From: Patescibacteria group bacterium
Lineage (GTDB): Bacteria; Patescibacteriota; JACPGU01
Assembly: GCA_041675145.1 (NCBI GenBank)
Contig: JBAYUK010000001.1
Coordinates: 106,751-170,750, forward strand
DNA length: 64,000 nucleotides
Direction: 5' to 3'
Part shown: positions 38,047 to 48,151 of the stretch, piece after piece
Position numbering within the stretch: position 1 is the stretch's first letter
Layout: each line of letters begins with the position of its first letter
Notes under the pieces: model-generated
Told to the model about the DNA's origin: nothing
Seen by the model: the letters and a program-made list of their open reading frames with translations, nothing else
The model's database searches: none
Translations under genes and position numbers: made by a program

Positions 38047-38787
38047 TTCTTTTATATTAAATATACTGAATATGTACTTTACTCTAGTTTTAATCGGATC
38101 CACTAATCTTGAAATTACCTTATCAAAATATATCGCACAATCACTAAAACAAATAACTAAAATCAATGTTAAAACCAAACCATATTCCCATGTCGTTATA
38201 AAAGATAACTTTCTAAGCGAAAAAACTAATGTAACTACTCCACCCATAAATAGCAACACCAGCAACTCCTTGAAGTACGATAAATACCCATGATCTTTCT
38301 GCTTAATACCACTATCGTTACTTTGCACCTTAGCAATAATCCCACCATAAATATTATCTAATTTTTTAAAGTCATGAGATTTAAAACCATCAAGCCACGC
38401 GTTATTGACTACCTCATTCGTATCGTAATACTCATTTGAAATCCTGGCTACCTCATTAGCTCTTATGTCTATATTTTCCCTCAAGAAGAATACCGAGAAA
38501 ACTATCTGTAAAAATAAAAGTATATAACCGGACTCAAAAAAATATATTCTTGAGGGTAAAACATGTGGATATATAAAACCCACTAAGCCCATTATAGCAA
38601 TAGAGATAGTAAGCAGTAACCTTATAAACTCCACTCCTTCTTTTCTTGCCGCATCGCGCTGACTCTGTAGTAGAACTACATTCTGATGATAGTCATTTAG
38701 ATATGACTCGTACCTCTTTTTCATATCTTCAAGATAATCCCTACTAACCGATTCTTCTACTATTGAGTCGTCTAACATATAAAACAA
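38044..38787 (-). CDS. Hypothetical polytopic membrane protein (247 aa)
   Basis: Charged N-terminal domain followed by 4-5 TM segments. Confidence 0.5.
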   Translation of the reverse strand: MFYMLDDSIVEESVSRDYLEDMKKRYESYLNDYHQNVVLLQSQRDAARKEGVEFIRLLLTISIAIMGLVGFIYPHVLPSRIYFFESGYILLFLQIVFSVFFLRENIDIRANEVARISNEYYDTNEVVNNAWLDGFKSHDFKKLDNIYGGIIAKVQSNDSGIKQKDHGYLSYFKELLVLLFMGGVVTLVFSLRKLSFITTWEYGLVLTLILVICFSDCAIYFDKVISRLVDPIKTRVKYIFSIFNIKE

Positions 38788-38801
38788 AGTTACTAACTAC
38801 T

Positions 38802-38825
38802 AATGAGGGGCTTACGCCCCTCATT
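38802..38825 (-). terminator. Stem-loop AATGAGGGGC-TTAC-GCCCCTCATT downstream of fusA
   Basis: 10-bp perfect stem 12 nt after the fusA stop. The U-tract is weak. Confidence 0.5.
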
Positions 38826-38836
38826 CTGTCTCAATT

Positions 38837-40930
38837 CTAGTCTTCTTTCTTTGCACGAAGTCCAATAATAGTTTCGCGAATATTTCGTGGTACTTCAGCG
38901 TAGTGATGGAACTCCATCGTAGAGCTGGCACGACCCTGTGACATAGAACGAAGAGTGGTAGTGTAACCAAACATTTCAGCAAGTGGTACATACGCTTGTA
39001 CGAATTTCACTGAACCACGGTCACCCGTTTCCAAGATCTGACCACGCTTTGCATTCACATCTCCCATCACATCTCCTAAGAAGTCTTCAGGAGTAAGTAC
39101 TTCTACTTTCATAACTGGCTCAAGGATAGCAGGGTCTGCTTTCTTCACACCATCCTGGAAGGCCATTGAGCCGGCAATCTTAAATGCCATTTCAGATGAG
39201 TCAACATCGTGGTATGACCCGTCATATACCGCTACCTTCACATCAATAACTGGATAGCCGGCAATTACTCCACGAGTCATCGCTTCCTTTACACCCTTTT
39301 CAATTGCAGGGATGTATTCACGAGGAATAGCACCACCAACAATCTTGTTTTCAAAAACAAAGTTCTTAATTTCAGACTCAGGCTCGAGTGGAGAAATTTC
39401 CAACCAACAGTGTCCATACTGACCACGACCACCAGACTGGCGAACAAATTTTCCTTCCACCTTAACGCTCTTTTTAATCGCTTCTTTGTAGGCAACCTGT
39501 GGTTTACCAACATTTGCCTCCACTTTAAATTCACGCTTCATACGGTCTACGAGAATTTCCAAGTGAAGCTCTCCCATTCCTGAGATGATAGTCTCACCTG
39601 TTTCTTGATCTGAGTTAATCCTAAATGTTGGATCTTCTTCAGCAAGTTTAGAAAGTGCAATACCCATCTTTTCCTGGTCGGCCTTGGTCTTTGGCTCAAT
39701 AGCAACTGAGATCACTGGCTCTGGGAAGGTAATTTTTTCTAAGATAATTTGGTTGTTCTCATCACACAAGGTATCTCCCGTAAAGGTAGACTTGAGTCCT
39801 ACTGCTGCTGCAATCTCACCTGCGCCTACTTCAGATACTTCCTCGCGCTGTGCCGCATGCATACGAACAATACGTCCAATACGCTCACGCTCACCCTTGG
39901 TCGAGTTGTACACATAGCTACCAGCAGTCAGTTTTCCTGAATACACACGGAAGAAACAGAGTTTTCCAACAAATGGGTCGGTTGCAATCTTGAACGCAAG
40001 CGCTGCAAATGGACCTGACTCGTCAGCTGTTCTTGTAATATCTTCTTCAGTTTTAGGATCAGTACCGTGTACTGGTGGCTTATCGAGTGGAGATGGGAGA
40101 TATTCCATAATTGCATCAAGCAAGCACTCTACAATTACTCCACGGCCGTCTCCTCCCAGTACTGGAGAGAAGTCTCCTGATAGAGTTGCTTTACGGATAG
40201 CAGCCTTAATTTCTGCTACCGAAAGCTCCTCACCAGCTAGGTACTTGTTCATCATCGCCTCATCGTATTCAGAGACTTTTTCGATCAGCTCTGAACGATA
40301 CTTAGCAACTTTTTCTGCCATGTCTGCAGGAATTTCTCCTTCTACAAGCGCATGGTCAGTAAAGTCCTTGTAGGTATATGACTTCATAGCAACCAAGTCC
40401 ACTAAACCGTTGATTTCTTTTTCAAAACCAATTGGTAGTGCAATAGGAAACGCATTTTTGCGTAGACGCGCACGAATAGACTCGAGTGACTTGTAGAAGT
40501 CTCCACCCGTTTGGTTGATCTTGTTAATAAAACACAAACGAGGGACATTGTACTTGTCTGCTTGACGCCATACTGTTTCTGACTGAGGCTCTACACCCAT
40601 TTTTCCGTCAAAGATTACGGCAGCACCGTCAAGAACACGGAGTGAACGTTCTACCTCTACGGTAAAGTCTACGTGACCTGGGGTGTCGATAATGTTGTAC
40701 CGATGACCCTTCCAGAAACAGGTAGTAGCAGCTGAGGTAATAGTAATACCACGCTCCTGCTCCTGTTCCATCCAGTCCATGGTCGCCTGTCCTTCATGAA
40801 CGGCACCAATTTTGTGTTTCTTACCAGTTCGGTACAAGATCCCTTCGGTCACAGTTGTCTTACCCGCATCGATGTGGGCAATAGTTCCAAAGTTACGCAC
40901 TTTATCTAAAGGATAGTGTTCGTCTGCCAT
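38837..40930 (-). CDS. fusA: Elongation factor G
   Basis: 'AHIDAGKTT', 'DTPGHVDF' and 'NKMD'-like motifs. 697 aa. Confidence 0.97.
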   Translation of the reverse strand: MADEHYPLDKVRNFGTIAHIDAGKTTVTEGILYRTGKKHKIGAVHEGQATMDWMEQEQERGITITSAATTCFWKGHRYNIIDTPGHVDFTVEVERSLRVLDGAAVIFDGKMGVEPQSETVWRQADKYNVPRLCFINKINQTGGDFYKSLESIRARLRKNAFPIALPIGFEKEINGLVDLVAMKSYTYKDFTDHALVEGEIPADMAEKVAKYRSELIEKVSEYDEAMMNKYLAGEELSVAEIKAAIRKATLSGDFSPVLGGDGRGVIVECLLDAIMEYLPSPLDKPPVHGTDPKTEEDITRTADESGPFAALAFKIATDPFVGKLCFFRVYSGKLTAGSYVYNSTKGERERIGRIVRMHAAQREEVSEVGAGEIAAAVGLKSTFTGDTLCDENNQIILEKITFPEPVISVAIEPKTKADQEKMGIALSKLAEEDPTFRINSDQETGETIISGMGELHLEILVDRMKREFKVEANVGKPQVAYKEAIKKSVKVEGKFVRQSGGRGQYGHCWLEISPLEPESEIKNFVFENKIVGGAIPREYIPAIEKGVKEAMTRGVIAGYPVIDVKVAVYDGSYHDVDSSEMAFKIAGSMAFQDGVKKADPAILEPVMKVEVLTPEDFLGDVMGDVNAKRGQILETGDRGSVKFVQAYVPLAEMFGYTTTLRSMSQGRASSTMEFHHYAEVPRNIRETIIGLRAKKED

Positions 40931-40971
40931 AAAAATAAGTTAGATATATTGAAGTTATATAGTACTGGATC

Positions 40972-41002
40972 AGCAAAATAAAATACGCTCAAAGCGTTTG
41001 AG
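40972..41002 (-). terminator. Intrinsic terminator ending the surface-protein operon (CTCAAA-GCG-TTTGAG followed by U-rich on minus strand)
   Basis: Hairpin about 35 nt downstream of the 41041 stop. Confidence 0.55.
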
Positions 41003-41040
41003 AGTAATTATACTGGATTTATCTGGTTTTGCAAGGAGTA

Positions 41041-41706
41041 TTACAGATCCGACTCATCAAGAATATTATACTTTTGAGAAAGCTTTTTTCTTCTAGTTCC
41101 CTTAACTACTCGATACACTATGTCTGCAAGAATAATAAACACCAGAAACCCTATAATCCCTTTAACCCACGGCTCTTTATACCACTGATTCACAAGACCA
41201 CTACAACAAACTACTATCGGCGCCTGGGTAATAACATTCGCCTCAACCAAAGAAGCGAGACTAGTTCTTATTTGACTTCCTCCCTGAACAGTATTACTAG
41301 CTCTTGCCTGCTCAGTAAAGAAAACGCCAAAGTCATACTCACCTGAGGCAATCTTCTTGGGTGAGACACGGACGGTAACTGAAGCATCAGCGCCAGATGG
41401 AACGATAAAAGTAGAAGGTTCAACTGTTATAAACTGAGTAAGTTCATTAGTAACTTTCTTACCCCCTAGCTCAAATACTGCCTGTGTATCGTCTTTAATG
41501 AAGGCACGGATATCTACATCAATAGTACGAGGCTCATTTGCTCCATTAAAGTAGGTTACAACATGCTCTACCGTATCCCCTTCTTGAATATCCAGGTGCT
41601 TGGAAAGTGGAGATACCTGAAACTGTGCTGCACTTACGGGAAGAGCAACAAGCATCAGTATCGCTACAAAACTAACCCGAGCTAACGAAATTATTTTATT
41701 GAACAT
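41041..41706 (-). CDS. Small surface protein: signal peptide, ~150-aa beta-rich domain, C-terminal TM anchor and short basic cytoplasmic tail
   Basis: 'MFNKIISLARVSFVAILMLVALPVSAAQ' signal. C-terminal 'IIGFLVFIILADIVYRVV' TM followed by 'KGTRRKKL'. Confidence 0.6.
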   Translation of the reverse strand: MFNKIISLARVSFVAILMLVALPVSAAQFQVSPLSKHLDIQEGDTVEHVVTYFNGANEPRTIDVDIRAFIKDDTQAVFELGGKKVTNELTQFITVEPSTFIVPSGADASVTVRVSPKKIASGEYDFGVFFTEQARASNTVQGGSQIRTSLASLVEANVITQAPIVVCCSGLVNQWYKEPWVKGIIGFLVFIILADIVYRVVKGTRRKKLSQKYNILDESDL

Positions 41707-44700
41707 TTGGTACTATGGTAATAATAATGTTGTTTTTGTATTTACCGGCAGGCTGGCCTTTGCCTAATCCAACACGAACAAGTAAGTAGTCAGTAAATGA
41801 AGTTGGTTTTCCAGAGACACTGGGAATATGGGTTGCAATCGGTGCATCTTGTGTTGTAAAGGCTGCCCATTTTCTCACTCCTCCTAGAAAGAACCGATTT
41901 GGAATGCCACCTGAAACACTGGTACTGGTAGTTGAGTATCCCATAAACCCAGTACCCTTTGGTTCTACCCATGGAACAGGCGCGCCATTTGAGATAGGAG
42001 ACCCGGTGTTGCCATCAAAAGGAGGGATCACTTCCCCGTTATCATTCCGCAAGTCCCCGTCTTGCTTTACTGTGACAGTATACCCTTGCGCATTATCTGC
42101 AAATCCTTGGATCGCAAATGCTCCAGACTTATTGTCTTCCCATGAAACATTATCAAAAGAGATTCCGTCGGCTCGGGATGCGGCAGAGAGCACAATATCA
42201 GATAAGCTGGATACCGTATCCACAGTCAAAACTGGTTCGATAGTAAGAGACAGTGTTTCAGGAGGACCTATCAAAAACTGGGTACTATCAGAGAAAAGAT
42301 AGGGGCTTGTTACTCCATCCCCTATAGAAACAGTAACCGGCACAGTTCCTTGATTTACTAAAAGCTCTTCAGGTACTTGAGCAGTAAGCTCAGTCTCGGA
42401 AACAAACGTTGTGGGAATGTCTTTAACATTGAATTGTACCTTAGCTGTTGAGTTAAACTTAGAACCTTTGATACGCAATGTAAATTCTCCTCTATTTTTT
42501 GCACGTGAGTTAGGAGTAAGCTCTGTAATAACTGGGTTTGGACTAACGGGTGGAATTGTATTACCTCCCCCAGTTGATCCTGGGTTAACCGGTACAGCAC
42601 TAGTAACGGTTAGTGTCTTTATCGCAGAGAGTCCCCCGCCTGGCGTTGGATTAAAAACAGTAATGTTAACTGTACCAGCCGTTGAAATATCTGTATTGAG
42701 TACAGTAGCCGTTATCTGCCCTGAGTTGACAAAAGTAGTAGCACGATCAGAACCGTTAACACGAATCACTGAAGTCGGGAAGAAGTCACTCCCGTTGGCT
42801 GATAGTACAAAAGATGGATCTCCTTCGGTTTTAGTATCAGGCACTATCGTTGACAATGTCGGCACCGGCAGCGGATCAACTGTAAAAAAGGTGGCACCGG
42901 AGTCAGTTTGGGCAGCTTGCGAAACACTAGGATTCTTAACTCTCACACTCAACGATCCAGCACTCGTTATATCGCCAGATGTAATTGCTGCAGTTAGTTG
43001 AGTTGGACTCACATAGGTAGTGGTTTTTGCTACCCCATCCACATACACCACCGAACCTGAATCAAAATGGCGCCCATTGACGGTCAAGGTAAGTCCAGCT
43101 GATCCTGCATAGACATTAGTTGGTGAGATAGACGAAACCACTGTTTGCAACATGACAGAAAACTGTGTGTTATTTGAGTTGCTCGTAGCAAAATCCATAA
43201 CTCCATCATTATCAAAGTCAGCGGCGGTAATAGCTGAGACAGACAGCGTTGAAGGGTTCGTTGGATCAGGTCGATATATTGTTTGGTTATCTCCCTGGTA
43301 GTTTGATTCTACGACCGTATTGATTCCATCAGTTGAAAATATTCTTGAGCTTCCCCCAACTAAAACGTTACCGAGGTAGATTCTGTTAGCTGAGGTAGGA
43401 GCCAGGAACGGAAAAGTCGCGCTAAGACTAAAAGTACCGGATCCGCCATTGGCAAGATAATAGAGATTATTTGATCCCACTACTCCGATATGGCGAATTG
43501 AGCCTGCATTGAGCGTGGTAAGCGTATTGACTGAAGGTAAACTAACATTCGCATGGGTAGCGCTTAAAACGCCGGCTGTATTTGTAAATACTGAAACAGT
43601 ATTGTCTCCAATATTCGCTGTTGCAATACGATCCACTACCCCACTCGGGTTAATGTGTTTAAAGGCAATAACCGAACGAGGATTAGTACCTGCTCCAGTT
43701 GAGTATGTTGTAGTGGCGCCGTAGCTACCCGTGTTTATCCCGGTCTGGATAGTAACACCTACCTGGTTTGCAGTTTGGTGAACGGTAATAATATCCATAT
43801 CCGTATCACCGTCTATATCAACTATCTCGACATCACGAGTAACTGCCGGCACGCTAACCGTTGTTGGCCCTGTAAATACTCCGGTTCCATCGTTAAAAAA
43901 TAAATCTACTATACTGCTCGAAAAAACAAGAGCTACATCTTGATCCCCATCAATATCTATATCAGCCAGCTTGATGGCAATCGGATTGAGATGCCCACCA
44001 GTAGAGTAGGCAGTACCAGTAGCCGGAAATGTTCCGTCACCGTTATTAAGCGATACACCAAAACCGTGAGTAGTAGCAGACATATTGGTTACAATATCCG
44101 GAAAAGCGTCCCCGTTGAGGTTACCTGAGACTATAAGCTGTGAGAAAAATGTTGCTGCTGGAGCATAATTTTGTGAAGTATAGGTTTTTTCAGATGGGAC
44201 TACTACAGAGAAGTTGATCAAAGAAGACAGGCCACCACCAGGTGATGGGTTGAATATAGTTACCGGTACTGTTGCGGCCGAGGTAAAGTCTGTTGATGGA
44301 ATAGTAGCAGATAATGACGTACTACTGCCAAAAGTAGTAGTCCGATCTGATCCATTCCAGCGCAACACTGAGCTACTAATAAAGTCTAGCCCAGTAACGC
44401 TTAGAGTCAGCGCTGCTGCGCCAACATTCTCAAATCCTGGACTCAGCGTAGAAAGAGTCGGAGTGGTCACCCCAAACTGAGACAGGTTTGGCCGGGAAGA
44501 TCCACCGACTGCTGTGTATGATCCACCAATGTAGACTACACTCCCCTGAAGAGAGCTAGAGAATACGGTTCCTGTTATATTTGGATCCCAAGTAGTTACT
44601 AGCGCAGTACTAGTACTGAGCGCTGCTAAATTAGTGCGTGCTCCTCCGCCAATAGTTGCAAAAGTACCGCCCACATAGAGCGTTGTGGTACCATCTGGCG

Positions 44701-46642
44701 TAATGGTATTAATGGTAGCACTTGGTGAAGCTGCATCCCAAACATTAGCAGTACCAGTAGCAATAGATAGACTGGCTATACCTTTTCGTGCTCCTCCGCC
44801 AATAGTAGTGAATGCTCCTCCGGCATAGATCACACCACCATTCTCAAGTAGAGCATTTACCTGTCCGTTCGCGTTCGGATCCCAGGCGGTAGCCAGTCCT
44901 GTTGCTGGAGAAATTGCGGCAATGTTGTTACGAGTCGAACCTGCTGCAGTTCCAAATGAACCACCGATGTATACATCCGTACCATCTGCGACCAGGGCGT
45001 ATACAAATCCTACTACTCCAGGATCCCACGCCGTAACCGATTCAGTTCCTGTATCTATCGCTCCAAGATGAGCACGGGAAGACGCTCCCAATAAGGTAAA
45101 CTGTCCTCCAATATATAAATTAGTACCATTAAGAGCAAAGGCTTTGACTACTGCGTTTGGTGCAATATTTAATGTTGTTGCACTACCAGTAGTAGTATCG
45201 AGCGCTACAAGGTTAGTACGCGACTGACCTCCAATTGTTCCTGTAAATGTTCCACCAGTATAGAGTGTTGAACCAGACAATAGTAAAGCATTGACTGTCA
45301 TGGAGGTAGATCCTGCAGGGTTCCATGAGGAAATCGTTCCGTCACTCCCAATTTTGGCCAACCCTTTTCTATTTTTTCCGCCAATAGAGGTGAAGTTTCC
45401 TCCGAAGTAGACATTCGTAGCGTCAACTGCTACTACAATTGCCCCACCACCAATTCCAGTGTTAGGGTCAAAGGAAGTAGCCAGGCCAGTTGCAGTGTCG
45501 ATAGCGGCGGCAAGTTGCCTCGACTGGCCACCTATGGTCGTGAAACCTCCCGCCACATATACCATACTACCGCTGAGTTCAAGTCCAAACACTACGCCGT
45601 TCGCGTTCGGATCCCAGGCGGTAGCGTTCAGTGTATTAGTTGTTGTATCGAGTGCTGCAATGTTATTACGAGCTGACCCTCCAATAGAAGTGAATAATCC
45701 TCCCGCATACAGCGTTGTACCGGAAAGTCGAATCTCGTATACCGTACCATTTGAACCAGGGTTCCAGGCAGTTGCCAATCCTGTTGTAGTGTCGAGCGCC
45801 GCAATCCGGTTGCGAGACTGACCACCAATGGTCGTGAAGTTACCTGAAGCGTAGAGCGTAGTACCAGAAAGAGCAAGTGAATCGAGGTTTGAGTTTGCAT
45901 TCGGGTCAAAAGCGGTAGCAAGTCCTGTTGTCGTATCAATTGCTGCTATTCTGTTACGAGAGGTAACGCCAACTGTTGTAAAAAAACCACCTACATACAA
46001 AGTATTGGCACCATCAAAAACAATGGAAAGTACACGGTTATCTAGATTGGGGTTCCAAGAAGTTGCAACACCAGTAGTGAGGTTAAGCGCAGCTAAATTG
46101 TTACGAGTCTGACCCCCTATAGTACTGAAATTTCCTCCTACATACAGTACGCCGTTTGCCACTACTAGTTCTTCAATGTATGAGTTAGCATTACCATCAA
46201 AAGTAGGGTCAAGCGTACCGTCAGACAAGATGTGGGCAATATGATTACGGGTAGTAGTCCCAACCAGAGTAAAATCACCACCTATGTAGTATCCACCAGA
46301 TCCATCCAGACCTACCGCACGCACCACACCGTTGGGAACTGCGTTACCAGATGGGACACTTGCTGTTGTCTTGTTTACCACTGCTCCGTATCCTGTATAT
46401 GGTCCAACATAGGTGAAGTTTCCACCAATATATACTGATCCATCTCCTGCTGTCTGTATAGCATTCACATCACCATCTGTAATCGGAAAGCTCGAAACGG
46501 CAGCTGAAGAAGGAGCCGCATACGTCTCCCCGACCCGAGTCCCAAAGGTAAAGAAACATGAACTGAGAATAAGCGCACTAATACTCACACCAGAAAAGAG
46601 GCGTTGAAGTATGGTCGTCTTTTGTTTTAGGTAATCCTGCAT
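41696..46642 (-). CDS. Giant secreted/cell-surface protein (1648 aa): ~14-16 tandem ~47-aa beta-propeller-type repeats, IPT/TIG-like Ig domains, FG-GAP/VCBS-like Asp-rich repeats, unassigned ~230-aa C-terminal domain
   Basis: Signal peptide, then the repeat consensus 'SRNxIAALDTTTGxATAWNPNANGxVxAL..GxTLYxGGxFTxIGG'. 'DIDGDTDMD' and 'FDNDGVMDF' are FG-GAP-like. Several 'LTVNG..F..SVV..NG...TT..S...' IPT-like segments. Confidence 0.8.
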   Translation of the reverse strand: MQDYLKQKTTILQRLFSGVSISALILSSCFFTFGTRVGETYAAPSSAAVSSFPITDGDVNAIQTAGDGSVYIGGNFTYVGPYTGYGAVVNKTTASVPSGNAVPNGVVRAVGLDGSGGYYIGGDFTLVGTTTRNHIAHILSDGTLDPTFDGNANSYIEELVVANGVLYVGGNFSTIGGQTRNNLAALNLTTGVATSWNPNLDNRVLSIVFDGANTLYVGGFFTTVGVTSRNRIAAIDTTTGLATAFDPNANSNLDSLALSGTTLYASGNFTTIGGQSRNRIAALDTTTGLATAWNPGSNGTVYEIRLSGTTLYAGGLFTSIGGSARNNIAALDTTTNTLNATAWDPNANGVVFGLELSGSMVYVAGGFTTIGGQSRQLAAAIDTATGLATSFDPNTGIGGGAIVVAVDATNVYFGGNFTSIGGKNRKGLAKIGSDGTISSWNPAGSTSMTVNALLLSGSTLYTGGTFTGTIGGQSRTNLVALDTTTGSATTLNIAPNAVVKAFALNGTNLYIGGQFTLLGASSRAHLGAIDTGTESVTAWDPGVVGFVYALVADGTDVYIGGSFGTAAGSTRNNIAAISPATGLATAWDPNANGQVNALLENGGVIYAGGAFTTIGGGARKGIASLSIATGTANVWDAASPSATINTITPDGTTTLYVGGTFATIGGGARTNLAALSTSTALVTTWDPNITGTVFSSSLQGSVVYIGGSYTAVGGSSRPNLSQFGVTTPTLSTLSPGFENVGAAALTLSVTGLDFISSSVLRWNGSDRTTTFGSSTSLSATIPSTDFTSAATVPVTIFNPSPGGGLSSLINFSVVVPSEKTYTSQNYAPAATFFSQLIVSGNLNGDAFPDIVTNMSATTHGFGVSLNNGDGTFPATGTAYSTGGHLNPIAIKLADIDIDGDQDVALVFSSSIVDLFFNDGTGVFTGPTTVSVPAVTRDVEIVDIDGDTDMDIITVHQTANQVGVTIQTGINTGSYGATTTYSTGAGTNPRSVIAFKHINPSGVVDRIATANIGDNTVSVFTNTAGVLSATHANVSLPSVNTLTTLNAGSIRHIGVVGSNNLYYLANGGSGTFSLSATFPFLAPTSANRIYLGNVLVGGSSRIFSTDGINTVVESNYQGDNQTIYRPDPTNPSTLSVSAITAADFDNDGVMDFATSNSNNTQFSVMLQTVVSSISPTNVYAGSAGLTLTVNGRHFDSGSVVYVDGVAKTTTYVSPTQLTAAITSGDITSAGSLSVRVKNPSVSQAAQTDSGATFFTVDPLPVPTLSTIVPDTKTEGDPSFVLSANGSDFFPTSVIRVNGSDRATTFVNSGQITATVLNTDISTAGTVNITVFNPTPGGGLSAIKTLTVTSAVPVNPGSTGGGNTIPPVSPNPVITELTPNSRAKNRGEFTLRIKGSKFNSTAKVQFNVKDIPTTFVSETELTAQVPEELLVNQGTVPVTVSIGDGVTSPYLFSDSTQFLIGPPETLSLTIEPVLTVDTVSSLSDIVLSAASRADGISFDNVSWEDNKSGAFAIQGFADNAQGYTVTVKQDGDLRNDNGEVIPPFDGNTGSPISNGAPVPWVEPKGTGFMGYSTTSTSVSGGIPNRFFLGGVRKWAAFTTQDAPIATHIPSVSGKPTSFTDYLLVRVGLGKGQPAGKYKNNIIITIVPNVQ

Positions 46643-46712
46643 GTAAACATAGTTATACAGGATTTAGTATACGGTATTTTCTAGAAGAAAAGTGTGGATA
46701 AATAAAAAGAAT

Positions 46713-46733
46713 GGAGACGCATTTAGCGTCTCC
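46713..46733 (-). terminator. Stem-loop GGAGACGC-ATTTA-GCGTCTCC after the protease gene (partial terminator or processing site)
   Basis: 8-bp perfect stem with T-rich sequence downstream on the minus strand. Confidence 0.5.
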
Positions 46734-46757
46734 ACATTCAAAGTATCGTTGAGAAAG

Positions 46758-47528
46758 TTATTTATGGGGCATTTCAGGCAACGGATGCCTGAGATTGGCC
46801 AAGTAAACAAGAAAACTTGTCGACTTTGTTTTGGTCTCTGCTCCATTTTTTTGTTGGTAGTTAAACCCCTGCTCCGTTGTTCCTGATAACAAGAGAAGAT
46901 TGTCGTCGCTACTGCGAAACGGGGTTCCTGAGTCACCAGGCTTAGAAGGCGGAACAATGTCACACATGAAGAATTGCCGTTCCTCATTGGTACCAACTAC
47001 ACCTACAACAAACCGAGCCTGGCCGAAGCACTGTCCAGAACGCTTACCGTCCAGGGATTTGACGACAATGGGATCAATTCCTTGCACGTCACCCACGGCA
47101 TTCATGGTGCCCTCATCACCTAAAGGTTGTATTGGAGCACTTCCGGAAGTCAGTGGCGCATCTGTTCCGGGCTTACCCGGTGCAAGAATGACCACGTCCC
47201 CCCCCAAGTACATAGTTGCAACCAACGGGTAAATCCCAGACTCATCATGGATTTTGTAGTGACCGACAAAGTCCTTTTGAAACCAGTGCCCAACCGTAAA
47301 AAACGCAGACCGTCCTTCCATATTGGATAACCGTACGCCTGGAGCAGACATCTTCGCTTCCAGGTTTTCGATAACCATTGCTTTGGCTTCCACCTGGATC
47401 GGTGGCAGCTCTGGTTTCTTTGCAAGAGCATGTTGCTTTGCGACGGGGGTTGTAGTAGGTTTACAGCCCATAACGCCTGAGGCGAGGAGAAGAAAGGCAA
47501 GAGTGTGCGCTTTCATGTGAGTCACCAT
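46758..47528 (-). CDS. Secreted trypsin-like (S1 family) serine protease, probable lipoprotein or signal peptide
   Basis: 'GDSGTPF' catalytic Ser motif. N-terminal 'LLLASGVMGC'. Confidence 0.7.
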   Translation of the reverse strand: MVTHMKAHTLAFLLLASGVMGCKPTTTPVAKQHALAKKPELPPIQVEAKAMVIENLEAKMSAPGVRLSNMEGRSAFFTVGHWFQKDFVGHYKIHDESGIYPLVATMYLGGDVVILAPGKPGTDAPLTSGSAPIQPLGDEGTMNAVGDVQGIDPIVVKSLDGKRSGQCFGQARFVVGVVGTNEERQFFMCDIVPPSKPGDSGTPFRSSDDNLLLLSGTTEQGFNYQQKNGAETKTKSTSFLVYLANLRHPLPEMPHK

Positions 47529-47547
47529 CCTTTTTTGAACTAAATAT

Positions 47548-47575
47548 ATTATATATATTTATTCACTTTTGTCAA
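47548..47575 (-). promoter_or_regulatory. Consensus sigma70 promoter TTGACA-16 nt-TATAAT (minus strand) for the protease-adhesin operon
   Basis: Both hexamers are perfect consensus. Confidence 0.7.
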
Positions 47576-47606
47576 TACATTGGTAAATAGATGCAATTAT
47601 TACACT

Positions 47607-47636
47607 AAAAAACCCGGATTATCTCCGGGCTTTTTA
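47607..47636. terminator. Bidirectional terminator CCCGGA-TTATC-TCCGGG with A5/T5 flanks, after rpsG
   Basis: Seen directly, 20 nt after the rpsG stop. Confidence 0.8.
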
Positions 47637-47657
47637 GTGAGTACTTTTCTTATAGCT

Positions 47658-48134
47658 TTAGTATCGTGCAAAGTGTGCGTATGCGCGGTTACTTTCTGCC
47701 ATACGGTGTGTATCTTCTTTCTTCTTAACCGCTGCACCTTGTGCTTCAGAGGCTAACATAAGCTCTTCAGCAAGCTCCTCTGCAGTTGAACGGCCTTTCT
47801 TAGCCCGCACAGCAGCAATCACCCACTTCATAGCAAACATAAGCTTCTGGTCTTTTTTAACTTCCATAGGAACCTGGTAGTTTGCTCCACCAACACGGCG
47901 AGATTTTACCTTCACCGAAGGAGAAACATTCTTCATTGCAGCACTAAACACATCCAGTCCCTTTTTTCCTGTCTTTTTTTCAATGATATCGAATGCATCG
48001 TACACGATACGAGATGCAACTGACTTTTTTCCATCCCACATTAAGTGGTTCACAAACTTTGCCAAAATCAAAGAATTATGGATTGGATCCGGAGCAAGTT
48101 TATGTTTAGCGATCAGGCTTTTTCCTCGTGACAT
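47658..48134 (-). CDS. rpsG: 30S ribosomal protein S7
   Basis: 'MSRGKSLIAKHKLAPDPIHNS' is a uS7 N-terminus. Confidence 0.95.
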   Translation of the reverse strand: MSRGKSLIAKHKLAPDPIHNSLILAKFVNHLMWDGKKSVASRIVYDAFDIIEKKTGKKGLDVFSAAMKNVSPSVKVKSRRVGGANYQVPMEVKKDQKLMFAMKWVIAAVRAKKGRSTAEELAEELMLASEAQGAAVKKKEDTHRMAESNRAYAHFARY

Positions 48135-48151
48135 ATCAAGTAGTAGTTAGG

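Noticed and set aside
41041-46642. Calling the giant protein and small partner a WxL/DUF916-type cell-surface complex
   Set aside because: No WxL motifs were recognisable and the small protein is shorter than typical DUF916-DUF3324 proteins. I kept this only as an analogy.
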